DNA from: an uncultured Acidimicrobiales bacterium
GTDB taxonomy: Bacteria; Actinomycetota; Acidimicrobiia; Acidimicrobiales; VFJN01
DNA length: 64,000 nucleotides
Direction: 5' to 3'
Assembly (NCBI GenBank): GCA_963739835.1
Contig: CAVUBW010000026.1
Location: forward strand, 127,538 to 191,537
Below, in pieces: positions 20,693-32,889 of the stretch (position 1 is its first letter; each line of letters begins with the position of its first letter). The notes under the pieces are model-generated. The model saw only the letters and a list, made by a program, of their open reading frames with translations, was not told the DNA's origin and did no database searches. The translations under genes and the position numbers were made by a program.

Positions 20693-22636
20693 TCAGTGGG
20701 GGATGAAGTCGCCGACCTGGTTGCCGGCCAGCACCGGGTCGACCGTCGTGGTCCGGACGAGCGCCTGGGTGAACAGCTCCTGGCTCGCAGGGACCGTCAC
20801 GACGCCGACGATCTGGAAACTCTGGCGCTCGCCGACGTCCAGCGTGCCGAGGTCGCACCGGACGACGTCGGGCGAAGGCGGGCCGTCCGTGAACTCGCAC
20901 CCCGGGAAGAGGCTCGTGACGTCCACGCCCGCGGGGACGAGCACGAGCAGGTCGGCGTTCTCGGCCGGGTCCGGACCGTCGTTGCGGGCGCCGGCGTCGA
21001 TCAGCACCTCGTGCTGGAGGCCGGGGCGGGCGACGATGCTCGCGCTGACGTCGGCGCCGAAGAACGACGCCGTGTAGTACTGCACGTGGCCGCCCGTGTC
21101 GGCGGCGCCGAGGTCGGTGTCGGCGCTGGCGAAGACAAGCGTGCCTGCCGGCGTGAACTGCGGGTTGGCGACCGACACCGGGCCGCCGCCGACCGCCGGG
21201 TCGCGCTGGGTCGCCCGGGTGGTCGTGGCGGTGAGCAGGTCGCGGACGTAGACGTCGGTGCCCGGCGTCGCGCCCGGGCCGAGGTCGGTGGCGGCGCTCA
21301 CGAACGCCACCCGCCGGCCGTCCGGGCTGAACGCCGGTGCCGTGCCGCCGCCGTCAGCGGCCGCGGTGCCCGCGGCGTTGACCGAGACCAGCGCGGTCGT
21401 CCCGGCCGCCAGGTCGCGCATGTAGATGTCGGGCACGCCGTTGGCGTCGGCCGGCCCGAGGTCGCTCGCCTCGCTCTCGAACACGACGTGGGTGGCGTCG
21501 GCGCCGAACCGCGGCGCGCGGGACGGGCCGTTGGCGGGTGCCGTGCCCGCGGCGTTGTCGGTCAGCCGCACGGTGTCGCCGGTGGTCAGGTCGTGCAGGA
21601 ACACGTCGCTGCGGCCGTCGAGGCGCAGGGTGAAGACGATCTTGGTGCCGTCCGGACTGAAGTGGGCGTCGTCGGCCGTGCCCGCCGTCGCGTCGATCGG
21701 CGACACGAGCGTCGTGTGGCCCCCCACGAGGTCGCGGACGTACAAGCGGCCAGACTGGTCGAACAGAGCGGTTCCCGGCACGTTCTCCACCAGGAGGCTC
21801 GCCTTGGACACGAAGGCGATCTTCGTCCCGTCCGGGCTCCACACGGTGGGCTCGAGGCCGATGCCGGCGCCCGCTGCGGCCTCGGTGCCGGCGGAGTTGA
21901 GCGTGACCAGCGACGTCGTGCCCGCCACCAGGTCGCGGATGTAGAAGTCGACGCCGAACGGGCCGTTGTTGTCGACCGGCCCGAGGTCGAACGCCGTGGT
22001 GGCGAACGCGATCTTGGTGCCGTCCGGGCTGAACACCGGCTGGAGCGCCGCGCCGTTGTTCGGGTCGGAGGTGCCGTCGCCCTTGAGCGAGACCAGCGAC
22101 GTCGTGCCGGTCGCCAGGTCGCGCAGATAGACCCGCCGGAGGGTGCCGTTGGACGGCGCACCCAGGTTGGTCGCGAGGCTGGCGAACGCGACCTTGCTGC
22201 CGTCGGGGCTCACGGCCGGCGGGTCGGAGGTGTTGTTGCCCCCGGTCACGCCGTCGGGGGCGACCGACACGAGCTCGCTCGCGCCGGTGTCGAGGTGGCG
22301 GACGTACACGTCGTCGAACCCCGGGTTGTCCTGGACGCCGGTCGCCAGGTTCGTGGCGGCGGTGGCGAACGCCACGGTCTCGCCGTCGGCGCTGACCGCC
22401 GGCGGCAGCTGCACCGCGACGGCGCGGTCGCCGGTGACCCGGCTGTCGGCGTTGCCGCCGGTGGTGCCCGCGGGGTCGACCGTGATCAGCTCGCGCCGCC
22501 ACGGTTGCGGCACCTCGCACGCGGCGGCCACCAGCGCCGCGAGCCCCGCGAGCGCGACCAGTTGCAGCTTGGACGTCCCGGTCGTGTCCCCTCCCCGGCG
22601 TGATCGGTCAGCAGGAAGCCGATGCTCTTGGTTCAC
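20693..22636 (-). CDS. PD40/TolB-like beta-propeller repeat lipoprotein with C-terminal DUF11-like domain
   Basis: C-terminal part of artefactual track ORF 20693..23608. Lipobox LAALVAAAC is followed by about 10 repeats of the type SPDG(T/S)K(I/V)AF.S.A.NL...D...DVY(V/I)RDL. Start proposed at in-frame GTG 22636; this is uncertain. Confidence 0.7.
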   Translation of the reverse strand: MNQEHRLPADRSRRGGDTTGTSKLQLVALAGLAALVAAACEVPQPWRRELITVDPAGTTGGNADSRVTGDRAVAVQLPPAVSADGETVAFATAATNLATGVQDNPGFDDVYVRHLDTGASELVSVAPDGVTGGNNTSDPPAVSPDGSKVAFASLATNLGAPSNGTLRRVYLRDLATGTTSLVSLKGDGTSDPNNGAALQPVFSPDGTKIAFATTAFDLGPVDNNGPFGVDFYIRDLVAGTTSLVTLNSAGTEAAAGAGIGLEPTVWSPDGTKIAFVSKASLLVENVPGTALFDQSGRLYVRDLVGGHTTLVSPIDATAGTADDAHFSPDGTKIVFTLRLDGRSDVFLHDLTTGDTVRLTDNAAGTAPANGPSRAPRFGADATHVVFESEASDLGPADANGVPDIYMRDLAAGTTALVSVNAAGTAAADGGGTAPAFSPDGRRVAFVSAATDLGPGATPGTDVYVRDLLTATTTRATQRDPAVGGGPVSVANPQFTPAGTLVFASADTDLGAADTGGHVQYYTASFFGADVSASIVARPGLQHEVLIDAGARNDGPDPAENADLLVLVPAGVDVTSLFPGCEFTDGPPSPDVVRCDLGTLDVGERQSFQIVGVVTVPASQELFTQALVRTTTVDPVLAGNQVGDFIPH

Positions 22637-22715
22637 CAGGAAGTCGGTCGTGTCCGGGGCGCCCCCGGTCTCGCCGGTCAACAGCAGCACCTCTCCCAGC
22701 GTCGGTTCCGCCGTG

Positions 22716-22734
22716 CCGTGCCAGTGTGGCACGG
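22716..22734 (-). terminator. GC-rich hairpin 9 nt after the clpB stop (candidate terminator)
   Basis: CCGTGCCA-GTG-TGGCACGG, a perfect 8-bp stem. No U tract follows. Confidence 0.35.
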
Positions 22735-22742
22735 ATCGTGCG

Positions 22743-25240
<2,498 letters not shown>

Positions 25241-25269
25241 GCCGCACAGGATACAACCCGCTCACCAAA

Positions 25270-25290
25270 CTTGATAGTCAGGCACTCAAG
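25270..25290. promoter_or_regulatory. HAIR-type HspR operator upstream of clpB
   Basis: CTTGATA-GTCAGGC-ACTCAAG versus the published HAIR consensus CTTGAGT-N7-ACTCAAG (12 of 14 positions). It lies 30-50 nt upstream of the clpB start at 25240. Confidence 0.65.
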
Positions 25291-25304
25291 TTCGGACAGG
25301 CCGA

Positions 25305-25360
25305 CGCGTTTTGTCCCTGGAACTGGTCGCCAGAACGACCACTTCGGGGGACAAAACGCG
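25305..25360. repeat. ~55-nt palindromic repeat unit (copy E2), 9 nt downstream of the BY-kinase stop
   Basis: CGCGTTTTGTCCCTGGAACTGGTCG-CCAGAA-CGACCACTTCGGGGGACAAAACGCG. Same family as 8233-8288 and 51561-51616. Confidence 0.8.
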
Positions 25361-25368
25361 GGTCTGCC

Positions 25369-27126
25369 TCAGTTCCTCGCCGGGGGGGCCACGTCCCAGT
25401 CGGCATCGGGGTCGCCCTCGTCGTCGGCCCAGCGGGGCCGGCGACCGCGGCGGCCGTTGCCGCTCTCCTGCTCGACCGGGCCCTTGTGGTGGCGGGCGCG
25501 GGCGCTGGAGGTGGTCTCGTAGCGGTAGGGCTCGCCGCCGAACGAGTCGTCCGGGGACAGGCTGTTGAGCACCGTGCCGGCCAGCGGGGCGTCGACCTGG
25601 CGGAGCAGCTCGACCGCCCGGGCCAGGCTGCGCTTGGACGTGCGGTTGACCGACGTCACCAGCAGCGTCGTGTCGGCCATGCGGGCGAGGACCAGGGAGT
25701 CGGTGACCGCCAGGACCGGCGGGCAGTCGATGACCACCACGTCGTAGGTCTGGCCCAGCACGTCGATGAGCCGCCTCGCCCGCTCGCCGCTCAGCAGCTC
25801 GGACGGGTTGGGCGGCGGGTAGCCGGCCGGCAGGACCGAGAGGTTGGGCACCGAGGCCACCGTCTGGATCGCCTGGGGCAGCGTGACGTCGCCGATGAGC
25901 ACCGCCGTGAGGCCCGGCGTGAGCGGGACGTCGAGCACCTCCTCCATGCGCGGGCGCCGGAGGTCGCCGCCGACCAGCACGACCCGGTCGCCGGCCTGGG
26001 CGAACGCGATCGCCAGGTTGACCGCCACCGCGGTCTTGCCCTCGCCCGGTGACGGGCTCGTGACCTGCACGACCCGCACCTGGCGCTCGATGCTGAGGAA
26101 CTTGACCGACGTGCGCAGCAGGCGGAACGCCTCTGCCGCCGGGGCGTTGGGGTAGTCGACCGTCACCAGGTCGGAATCGGAGTCGTACTTGGGGATCAGG
26201 CCCAGCGTGGTGACGCCGGTGACCTGGTCGACCATCTCCTTCGACTTGACCGAGTCGTCGAAGTAGTCGCGCACGAACGCGAGCGCCGCCCCGAGGAACA
26301 GGCCGAACACCAGGCCGATCGCCAGGTTGAGCGGCAGGTTGGGGCTGACCGGCGTGTCGGGCGCCCCGGCGAGGCTGAGCACCTCGGCGCCGCCGCCGGC
26401 CGACAGTTCGACGCCCAGATCGACGTTGGAGAGCGTCCGCTGGATCTGGGCCGCCTGCGAGGTCAGCGGGTCGGTCTGCTCCTTGAGCGCCGCGGCGGTC
26501 TGCGTCCGCTGCGCGATCAGGGCGGTCGGGTTGCCCTGGTCGGTGGCGATCTGGGCGTCGATTGCGGCGAGCGGCTGGTTGATCGCGTCGATCTGGTCTT
26601 GGGTCTCCTGGAGCAGCGCCTCGAGCCGGCCCTTGGTCGTGTTCAGCCGCTCCTGGTCGATCGACTCGCGCAGAGCGACGTAGGTGTTGGCGTAGACGTT
26701 GACCAGCGTGGCCGCGGCCACCGGGTCGGTCGACAGCAGCGACAGCTCGACCACACTGGACGTGTTGCTGTTGTCCTCGACGCCGACCGGGCTGGCCGAG
26801 ACCCTGAAGATCTCGCCCTTGGACATCGAGCCCGTGTAGGCCTTGGCTACCGCGAACCGCATGCGGGACGACGAGATGAACGCGAGCTGGCTGCTCGCCT
26901 GGCGGTTGAGGTCGCCGCCGCCGTTGACGCCGAACACCATCGCCACCGGGTCGTTCACGCCGGTCGTGAGCACCTGGGCACGCACGCGGTAGCGGGGTTG
27001 GGGGACGACCGAGACCGCGATGGCAACGCCCACGCACACCAGCGTCGTGATGATCACGAGCCAGCGGCGCCGGGCGATGATCCCCAGATAGGACCGGAGA
27101 TCCGGCTCCTCCAGCGACGACTCCAT
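25369..27126 (-). CDS. polysaccharide biosynthesis tyrosine autokinase (Wzz-like domain plus BY-kinase)
   Basis: Track ORF, 585 aa. N-terminal TM plus chain-length-determinant region, second TM, then [18 protein letters not shown] (Walker A), [20 protein letters not shown] and a C-terminal YRYE. Confidence 0.85.
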   Translation of the reverse strand: MESSLEEPDLRSYLGIIARRRWLVIITTLVCVGVAIAVSVVPQPRYRVRAQVLTTGVNDPVAMVFGVNGGGDLNRQASSQLAFISSSRMRFAVAKAYTGSMSKGEIFRVSASPVGVEDNSNTSSVVELSLLSTDPVAAATLVNVYANTYVALRESIDQERLNTTKGRLEALLQETQDQIDAINQPLAAIDAQIATDQGNPTALIAQRTQTAAALKEQTDPLTSQAAQIQRTLSNVDLGVELSAGGGAEVLSLAGAPDTPVSPNLPLNLAIGLVFGLFLGAALAFVRDYFDDSVKSKEMVDQVTGVTTLGLIPKYDSDSDLVTVDYPNAPAAEAFRLLRTSVKFLSIERQVRVVQVTSPSPGEGKTAVAVNLAIAFAQAGDRVVLVGGDLRRPRMEEVLDVPLTPGLTAVLIGDVTLPQAIQTVASVPNLSVLPAGYPPPNPSELLSGERARRLIDVLGQTYDVVVIDCPPVLAVTDSLVLARMADTTLLVTSVNRTSKRSLARAVELLRQVDAPLAGTVLNSLSPDDSFGGEPYRYETTSSARARHHKGPVEQESGNGRRGRRPRWADDEGDPDADWDVAPPARN

Positions 27127-27205
27127 GAGGCCCCGATCCTACAGGGAGCGGGTCTGCCCGGTCAGACTGAGCGCCCGGCCCGGCCTTGCGGCCGCATCGT
27201 CATGG

Positions 27206-27705
27206 CTGGCCGGTTGTCGTGGCTTCGGTTGGGTGTTGGCACTTGCGCGGGTGCTGGTCTGGCCCAGGGGCTGGTAAGGAGGCCGCCCGGGGGCGGCCTC
27301 CAATGTGAGTGTGGGGGCGGTCGGGTGGGCGTCAAGGACAAGCTCGCTGCGCTCGGCCGCCTGCGGCGGCTCCTTGACCCCCACCCGACCGCCTTTTTCC
27401 ACGCACGGTGGCCCTGGCTCGCCCCTGTTCTGGGGTCTCTTCGTTCTGGGTCGCGAAAGTGGTTGATAACCAACCACTTTCGAGGCCAGTTGCCCGCGCA
27501 ACGACTTCCCCCCGGTTAAACCAACGGTGTAAGGGTCACCGTGAGTGTCAAACGGGCGGTCGGGCGGGGGTCAAGGAGCCCCGCAGGGGCCCGTGCGCAG
27601 CACGGCTTGTCCTTGACGCCCGCCCGACCGCCCCAACAATCCCCAAAGAGGCCGCCCCCGGCGGCCTCCTAACCGGCCTCGTTATCGTTTGGTCGTTTTC
27701 GTTGG
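27206..27705 (+). repeat. ~0.5-kb structured repeat, copy 1 (core 27271-27676 with ~120-bp imperfect terminal inverted repeats)
   Basis: Aligns by eye with 36258-36761, with about 10 differences over the ~405-bp core. Hairpins: GGAGGCCGCCCGGGGGCGGCCTCC (27278-27301); GGCGGTCGGGTGGGCGTCAAGGA...TCCTTGACCCCCACCCGACCGCC followed by TTTTT (27317-27398); central palindrome GAAAGTGGTTG-ATAAC-CAACCACTTTC (27455-27481). Mirror-image hairpins lie at 27554-27676. Confidence 0.85.
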
Positions 27706-27871
27706 GGTTGGAGCGGCGACCAAGGGCCAGCCGGGCGCCCTCCACTAGCCTGGCCCGATCGCACTGGTCGCCCAGCCCTTCGGCGGCGGACAGCCGTCCC
27801 GGCCGTTTGCGCTGCCCGCCGGTCCGCCGGCCGAGCGGCGGCCACCGGTCGCGCCCCGCCGCCGGTCCCGC

Positions 27872-29164
27872 ATGGGCGGGGCGCTCTTCCTGGCGTGCCT
27901 CGGCCTCGCCCTGCTCGGCTTCAACAAGTTCCGGGTGGCGGGCACGCCGATCTCCGACATCGTGTTCCTGCTCGGTGCGGTGGTGACCGGGCTCAAGATG
28001 CTGTCGGGCAACACCGGCGACCTCTCGCCCCCGGCCATGCGCAAGACGTCGCCGCCGATCCTCCTGGGCACGATCCTGCTCGGCGCGGCCGGGACCATCG
28101 CCTGCCTCCAGTCGTTCACCCCCGCCGACTCGGCCATCCAGGTCGTGCGGATCGTGTGGATCACGCTCGTCTGGTTCTGGTTCCTGCGGGCCGTGACCCC
28201 CGACCGGATCGCGCTCAACCGGCTGTTCAAGGCGTTCGAGATCACGATCACCGTGAGCTGCATGGGAGCCATCGCCGGCTACTTCGGCCTCATCCACCTC
28301 ACCCGCGACAACCCCGACAACCGCCAGGCCGCGTGGTTCGGCCACCCCAACGAGCTGGGCGGCCTGCTGATCGTGGCCATGCCGCTCGTCGTGATGGGCC
28401 TGCCATGGCGGGACCAGCAGACCACCAAGCTGCCCTGGCGCCGCGTCGCCATGTTCGGGCTGGTCGGCTTCGCCATCGGCACGACCGGATCGCTCACCGC
28501 CTTCATCTCCACCGCCGTCGCCTTGTCGCTGTGCGTCGGGCTCAGCGTGCTGACCAAGGGCCCGCGGGCGCCGGGCGCGAAGCCGCCCAGCCCGATCCCC
28601 ATCCTGCTCGGGATGGCCGTGGCGGTGGCAGGCATCGCCTGGCTGTTCAGCAGCAACCTGCCCGTGATCGACCGGCTCACCCAGCTCGAGGGCGGCGACA
28701 GCGCGGTCAACGAGAGCGTGACCTCGCGGGGCAACGTCAACAACTTCGTCATCGGCAACTTCGACCACTCGCTCGTGACCGGCGTGGGCCTCGACGCCAA
28801 CACCAATTTCGTCAGCGAGCAGGACGGGCAGGTCGGCGCGTCCCGCGTCCACAACATGTTCCTCAAGCTGCTCTACGAGACCGGCGTCCCCGGGCTCGTG
28901 GGCCTGCTCGTCGTCGTGGTCGCCAGCGTCCGCCAGGCCTGGCTGCTCGTGCTCAACACGCGCGGCACGCCGCTGCACGCGGCGTCGATCGGGCTGATGT
29001 CGTCGATCCTGTCGATCAACGTGTTCGCGATGTTCCAGCCCGTCTTCGCCCAGCGGTTCTACTGGTTACCACTGGCCCTCGTGAGCGTGCTCTGGGCGCT
29101 GCGCCGCCAGGAGCTGCGGGACCGGTACCTCCACGGGCTCGCCGCCGCGGACGTCGCGGTCTGA
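27872..29164 (+). CDS. O-antigen ligase/polymerase family membrane protein (Wzy_C-like)
   Basis: Track ORF, 430 aa with about 10-12 TM segments. Contains AAWFGHPNELGGLLIVAMPL and SRVHNMFLKLLYETGVPGLVGLL, typical of O-antigen ligase/polymerase-like proteins. Confidence 0.75.
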   Translation: MGGALFLACLGLALLGFNKFRVAGTPISDIVFLLGAVVTGLKMLSGNTGDLSPPAMRKTSPPILLGTILLGAAGTIACLQSFTPADSAIQVVRIVWITLVWFWFLRAVTPDRIALNRLFKAFEITITVSCMGAIAGYFGLIHLTRDNPDNRQAAWFGHPNELGGLLIVAMPLVVMGLPWRDQQTTKLPWRRVAMFGLVGFAIGTTGSLTAFISTAVALSLCVGLSVLTKGPRAPGAKPPSPIPILLGMAVAVAGIAWLFSSNLPVIDRLTQLEGGDSAVNESVTSRGNVNNFVIGNFDHSLVTGVGLDANTNFVSEQDGQVGASRVHNMFLKLLYETGVPGLVGLLVVVVASVRQAWLLVLNTRGTPLHAASIGLMSSILSINVFAMFQPVFAQRFYWLPLALVSVLWALRRQELRDRYLHGLAAADVAV

Positions 29165-30376
29165 GGCCGCCTCGGCCCGCAGCGCCCCGTAGGTCACCAG
29201 CCACACGATCGCCGCCAGGCCCTGGCCCACGGCGAACCCGACGACGAAGCCCATCAGCCCGCCGATCAGGGCCCCGCCGAGCGGGCACACGACCATGAAG
29301 CCGATGCTGCGCAGCCGGGCGCCGATGCCCTTGGTGCCGTCCAGCGAGCGCACGCCGACCAGCCCGCCGGCGATGAAGCCGGCGCCGACCATGGCGACGC
29401 CCATCGGCACGAGGATGCCGTCGGCGGTGGCCCAGGTCGGGCCGAACAGCGCCCGGCCGAACGAGTCGGGCAGGATGACGCCGACCGCGGTCCACGCCAG
29501 CGACGACGCGCCGACCAGCAGCGACGCGCCGACGACCAGGCGGAGCAGCCGCTCGGGCTGCTCGCGCAGCCGCATGCCCTCGGGCAGCGCGGCGAGCAGG
29601 ACGCCGGCCTGCAGCGTCATGATCGGGCCGAAGAACAGCCACCCCGCCCGGACCGCGCCGTACGCGGTCAGCCCGAGGATCCAGCCGCACCCGACCAGCG
29701 CCAGGTAGGTCCCGGCCTGGGCGGCTGCGTACTCGCCGAGGAACCGGACGCCGAGCGCCCGGTGGTCGCGGAAGTACACGAGCGGGCGGGGCCGGTGGTC
29801 GAAGCAGCGCCAGCAGATCGCCGACGCCACCGCGGCGCCCAGTATGCCGCCGGCGCCCCACGCCAGCACGTACCAGCCGACCTGGGCCGACGCGGGCGCC
29901 ACGGCGATCGCCGCGCAGCTCGCGGCCAGCCACACCAGGTCGATCGTGAGCGCCATCGCCGGCCGGTCGATCATGAGCATGTAGCGCCAGGCGTCCTGCA
30001 GGAGGACCAGCGGCAGCACGACGGCGAGCGCGACCAGCGCCGAGCCGGCCATGCCCCCGAGGGCCGTGCCGGCGAGCGCGACCGCGACCGCCACCGCCAC
30101 CCCGAACGTGAACATCGCGCCGAGGTAGCTGGGCACGAGCGCCCGGCGGTCCGCCTCGGCTCGGGCCGAGTGCTGCGAGATCATCGGCTCGGCCACCAGC
30201 CCGCGGGCGCAGCCGACGGTGAACTGGAACACCAGCACCGCCACCCCGAACGCGGCGAACGGCTCGGGCGTGGCAAACGAGCGCGCCACCAGGATGGCGA
30301 CCACCACGTTCGACAGGCTGGAGGCCGCCTGGTCGGCGACGACCAGCACCCGGCGGGCATTGGTCGCGGTGGCCAC
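29066..30376 (-). CDS. polysaccharide flippase (Wzx/MOP superfamily)
   Basis: Track ORF, 436 aa: MATATNARRVLVVADQAASSLSNVVVAILVARS.. with about 12 TM segments. Its start lies 4 nt after the epimerase stop. The 3' end overlaps the convergent ligase gene by 99 nt. Confidence 0.75.
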   Translation of the reverse strand: MATATNARRVLVVADQAASSLSNVVVAILVARSFATPEPFAAFGVAVLVFQFTVGCARGLVAEPMISQHSARAEADRRALVPSYLGAMFTFGVAVAVAVALAGTALGGMAGSALVALAVVLPLVLLQDAWRYMLMIDRPAMALTIDLVWLAASCAAIAVAPASAQVGWYVLAWGAGGILGAAVASAICWRCFDHRPRPLVYFRDHRALGVRFLGEYAAAQAGTYLALVGCGWILGLTAYGAVRAGWLFFGPIMTLQAGVLLAALPEGMRLREQPERLLRLVVGASLLVGASSLAWTAVGVILPDSFGRALFGPTWATADGILVPMGVAMVGAGFIAGGLVGVRSLDGTKGIGARLRSIGFMVVCPLGGALIGGLMGFVVGFAVGQGLAAIVWLVTYGALRAEAASDRDVRGGEPVEVPVPQLLAAQRPEHAHEGQW

Positions 30377-30380
30377 CCGC

Positions 30381-31377
30381 CTAGCGGTCTCGGGAGAGCG
30401 ACGCGGCGACCTGGTCGTGGACCCAGGCGTAGGTGGCGGCGAGGCCGTCCTCCAGCGTGATCGACGGCGCCCAGCCCAGCCGCTCGCGGATCAGCGTGTT
30501 GTCGCTGTTGCGGCCGCGCACGCCCTTCGGGCGCGTCGAGCTTGTAGCGCGCGCTTCAGCTTCACGCCGGCGATCTCCTCGACGATGTCGACGAGCTGGT
30601 TGATCGTGACCAGCTCGTCGCTGCCGACGTTGAGCGGCTCGACGATGTCGCTGTGCCATGAGCCGCAGCGTGCCCTCGAGGCAGTCGTCGATGTACATGA
30701 AGCTGCGGGTCTGCTCGCCGTCGCCCCAGATCTCGATCTCGTGGTCGCCGGTGAGCTTGGCGTCGATGACCTTGCGGCAGATCGCCGCCGGCGCCTTCTC
30801 GCGGCCGCCGTCCCAGGTGCCGTGCGGGCCGTAGACGTTGTGGTAGCGCGCCACGCGCGTCGCGAGGCCGAAGTCCTCGCGGAAGTGGCGGCACATCCGC
30901 TCGCTGAACAGCTTCTCCCAGCCGTAGCCGTCCTCGGGCATCGCCGGATAGGCATCGCTCCTCGCTCAGCGGCGGTGACGTCGGTGCGGCGTCTGCTTGT
31001 CGGCGGCGTAGACGCAGGCCGACGACGAGTAGAAGAAGCGCTCGACGCCGGCGTCGCGGGCCGCCATCAGCATGTGGGTGTTGATCAGCACCGACAGCAT
31101 GCACAGCGGCCTTGTTGTGTCTCGATGAAGCCCATGCCGCCCATGTCGGCCGCGAGGTTGAACACCGTCGTCGACGCCCGTCGACCGCCCGGCGGCAGGC
31201 GTCGAGCAGCTGCAGGTCCGCGCTGCATGTTCTCGACGTCGTCGAAGACCTGGTACCACTCGTCCAGCGGCTTGACAGTCGACGGCCGCGGATCCGGCCG
31301 ACCCCGTCTTCCCGTAGCCGGCGCACCAGGTGGCCCCCGATGAAGCCCCCGGCGCCGGTCACCAGCACATGGTCCAT
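30381..31377 (-). pseudogene. NAD-dependent sugar-nucleotide epimerase (GDP-mannose 3,5-epimerase-like), frame-disrupted
   Basis: MDHVLVTGAGGFIGGHLVRRLREDG (ATG 31377) / FYSSSACVYAADKQT / YGWEKLFSERMCRHFREDFGLATRVARYHNVYGPHGTWDGGREKAPAAICRKVIDAKLTGDHEIEIWGDGEQTRSFMYIDDCLEGTLRLM / EPLNVGSDELVTINQLVDIVEEIAGVKLKR / RGRNSDNTLIRERLGWAPSITLEDGLAATYAWV lie in different frames. At least 4 frame changes. Confidence 0.8.
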
Positions 31378-31384
31378 TGTGAGG

Positions 31385-32737
31385 TCAGGTCTCCTGGGTC
31401 CGGGCCACCGCCTGGCGGACGATGGCCCGGTCGATGACGTCCTGGAAGCGGTCGGCGATGACCGCGGTGTCGAACGTCGTCTCAGCGTAGGCGCGAGCAC
31501 TGCGCCCAGCCGAAGAACGCAACGCTGCGTCGGTGCGGAGCTGCTTCGCCGCGACGAGGAAGGCCTCCTCGTCTGACGGTGGGACCACGAGGCCGGCGCC
31601 GGCCCGCTCGATCGTGCGGGCGGCGAGGTTCTCGGGCGGGATGGCGGCCAGAATGGGCCGGGCCGCACAGAGGTAGGACAGCACCTTGGACGGGACGGAG
31701 AAGGTGCCGGCGGTCGGCTCCAGCAGCGCGACCAGCACGTCGGCGGCGCCGAGAATGTCCGGGTAGTCGGACATCGCCTGGAACGGCAGCAGGTGCAGGT
31801 TGGGCAGCGGGTCTTTGCGCAGCAACTCCCGGAGGCGGGCCTCGCCCATGCCCTCGCTGACCACCACGACGTCGGCGTCGCCGGAGCGCTGCTCGGCGAG
31901 CCGGTACAGCAGCTCGGGCCGGTGCTTGAGCCCGAGGGTGCCCGTGTAGAGGTAGACGAACCGGTCGCCGAGGCCCCGGCGCTGGCGCCACTGGTTGTCG
32001 CGGGGGCGCAGCGGCAGGTCGCCGAGCGGCGCCCAGTTCTCGATGACCGTGCAGTCGTCGGCGTCGATGCCCCAGGAGGCGAGCATCGGCTCGAAGTCGT
32101 CGGTGATCGACACGACGCCGGATGCCTGGCGCAGCAGCCGCCGCTCCAGGGCCTCGAAGCTCGTGCCGACCCGGCGCCCGAGGCGGGCGGCCCCGAAGCG
32201 CTCGCAGCGCTTCTCGGCCTCGGCGGTCATCGCCACGCTGTGGAGGTCCTGGAGCCAGAAGACCCACGGGACGCCCACCTTGCGGCACCAGGCCGCCGCC
32301 ACCGACTTGGCGACGAGCGGCACGTTGCAGGCGAGCACGACGTCGGGCCGGAACCCGGCGGCGACGCGGGTGAAGCGTCGGCCGTAGGCGGCCTCCTGGC
32401 TGATGCGGCGCACGGGCGCGTAGCGGGCGAACGACTCGCCCGCCGGGATGGCGACGACCGAGAGGTTCCCGTCGTCGTCGCCGCGCTCGAAGCGACCCTT
32501 GCCGCTGGTGTACGACCCGCAGTAGACGTGCTGGACCTGGTTGCCCCGCTGGGCCAGCGCCCGGCTGAGGTCGATCTGGAACGGATGGCCGGCGAAGTCG
32601 TGGACGAGGATGCGCAACGTGCGCGAGCGGGCTTGCTCGCCGGGAGCGACCGCAGGACGCCGCGCCGGCGGCGTGCGTGCGTCACTCACCGGGTCCGCAT
32701 CCGATTCGCGGAGCCACATCGACGTGTCCTCCCCCAC
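31385..32737 (-). CDS. GT4 glycosyltransferase (WcaI-like)
   Basis: Track ORF: ..RILVHDFAGHPFQIDLSRALAQRGNQVQHVYCGSY...VVSEGMG...PSKVLSYLCAARPILA. The homology-consistent start may be TTG at 32617 (MRILVHDF..) rather than 32737. Confidence 0.8.
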   Translation of the reverse strand: MGEDTSMWLRESDADPVSDARTPPARRPAVAPGEQARSRTLRILVHDFAGHPFQIDLSRALAQRGNQVQHVYCGSYTSGKGRFERGDDDGNLSVVAIPAGESFARYAPVRRISQEAAYGRRFTRVAAGFRPDVVLACNVPLVAKSVAAAWCRKVGVPWVFWLQDLHSVAMTAEAEKRCERFGAARLGRRVGTSFEALERRLLRQASGVVSITDDFEPMLASWGIDADDCTVIENWAPLGDLPLRPRDNQWRQRRGLGDRFVYLYTGTLGLKHRPELLYRLAEQRSGDADVVVVSEGMGEARLRELLRKDPLPNLHLLPFQAMSDYPDILGAADVLVALLEPTAGTFSVPSKVLSYLCAARPILAAIPPENLAARTIERAGAGLVVPPSDEEAFLVAAKQLRTDAALRSSAGRSARAYAETTFDTAVIADRFQDVIDRAIVRQAVARTQET

Positions 32738-32889
32738 GTTGCGCCGAACCCCTGGGTTCCCCTGCTGAGGCCGGATTCCGACCCTGTCCTACGGACGGCC
32801 CCAGCGATCCGGGCGGCCAGACGACCGCTTGTGACCGAAGAGTAAGATACGAATCTCGTGCCGTCCACTCCTGTGTCCTGGGACACACG

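Noticed and set aside
25356-25366. The 11-mer gcgggtctgcc occurring both just after the BY-kinase stop (25356-25366) and just before its start (27148-27158)
   Set aside because: This is a single short GC-rich match that could easily arise by chance. No extended similarity surrounds it.
27139-27501. ORFs of 100-190 aa inside both copies of the 0.5-kb repeat (27139..27501, 27162..27473, 27408..27986, 36183..36524, 36241..36552, 36253..36570)
   Set aside because: The few nucleotide differences between the copies mostly change the predicted amino acids. The translations are low-complexity, and the ORFs run straight through long hairpins. They are not credible coding sequence.
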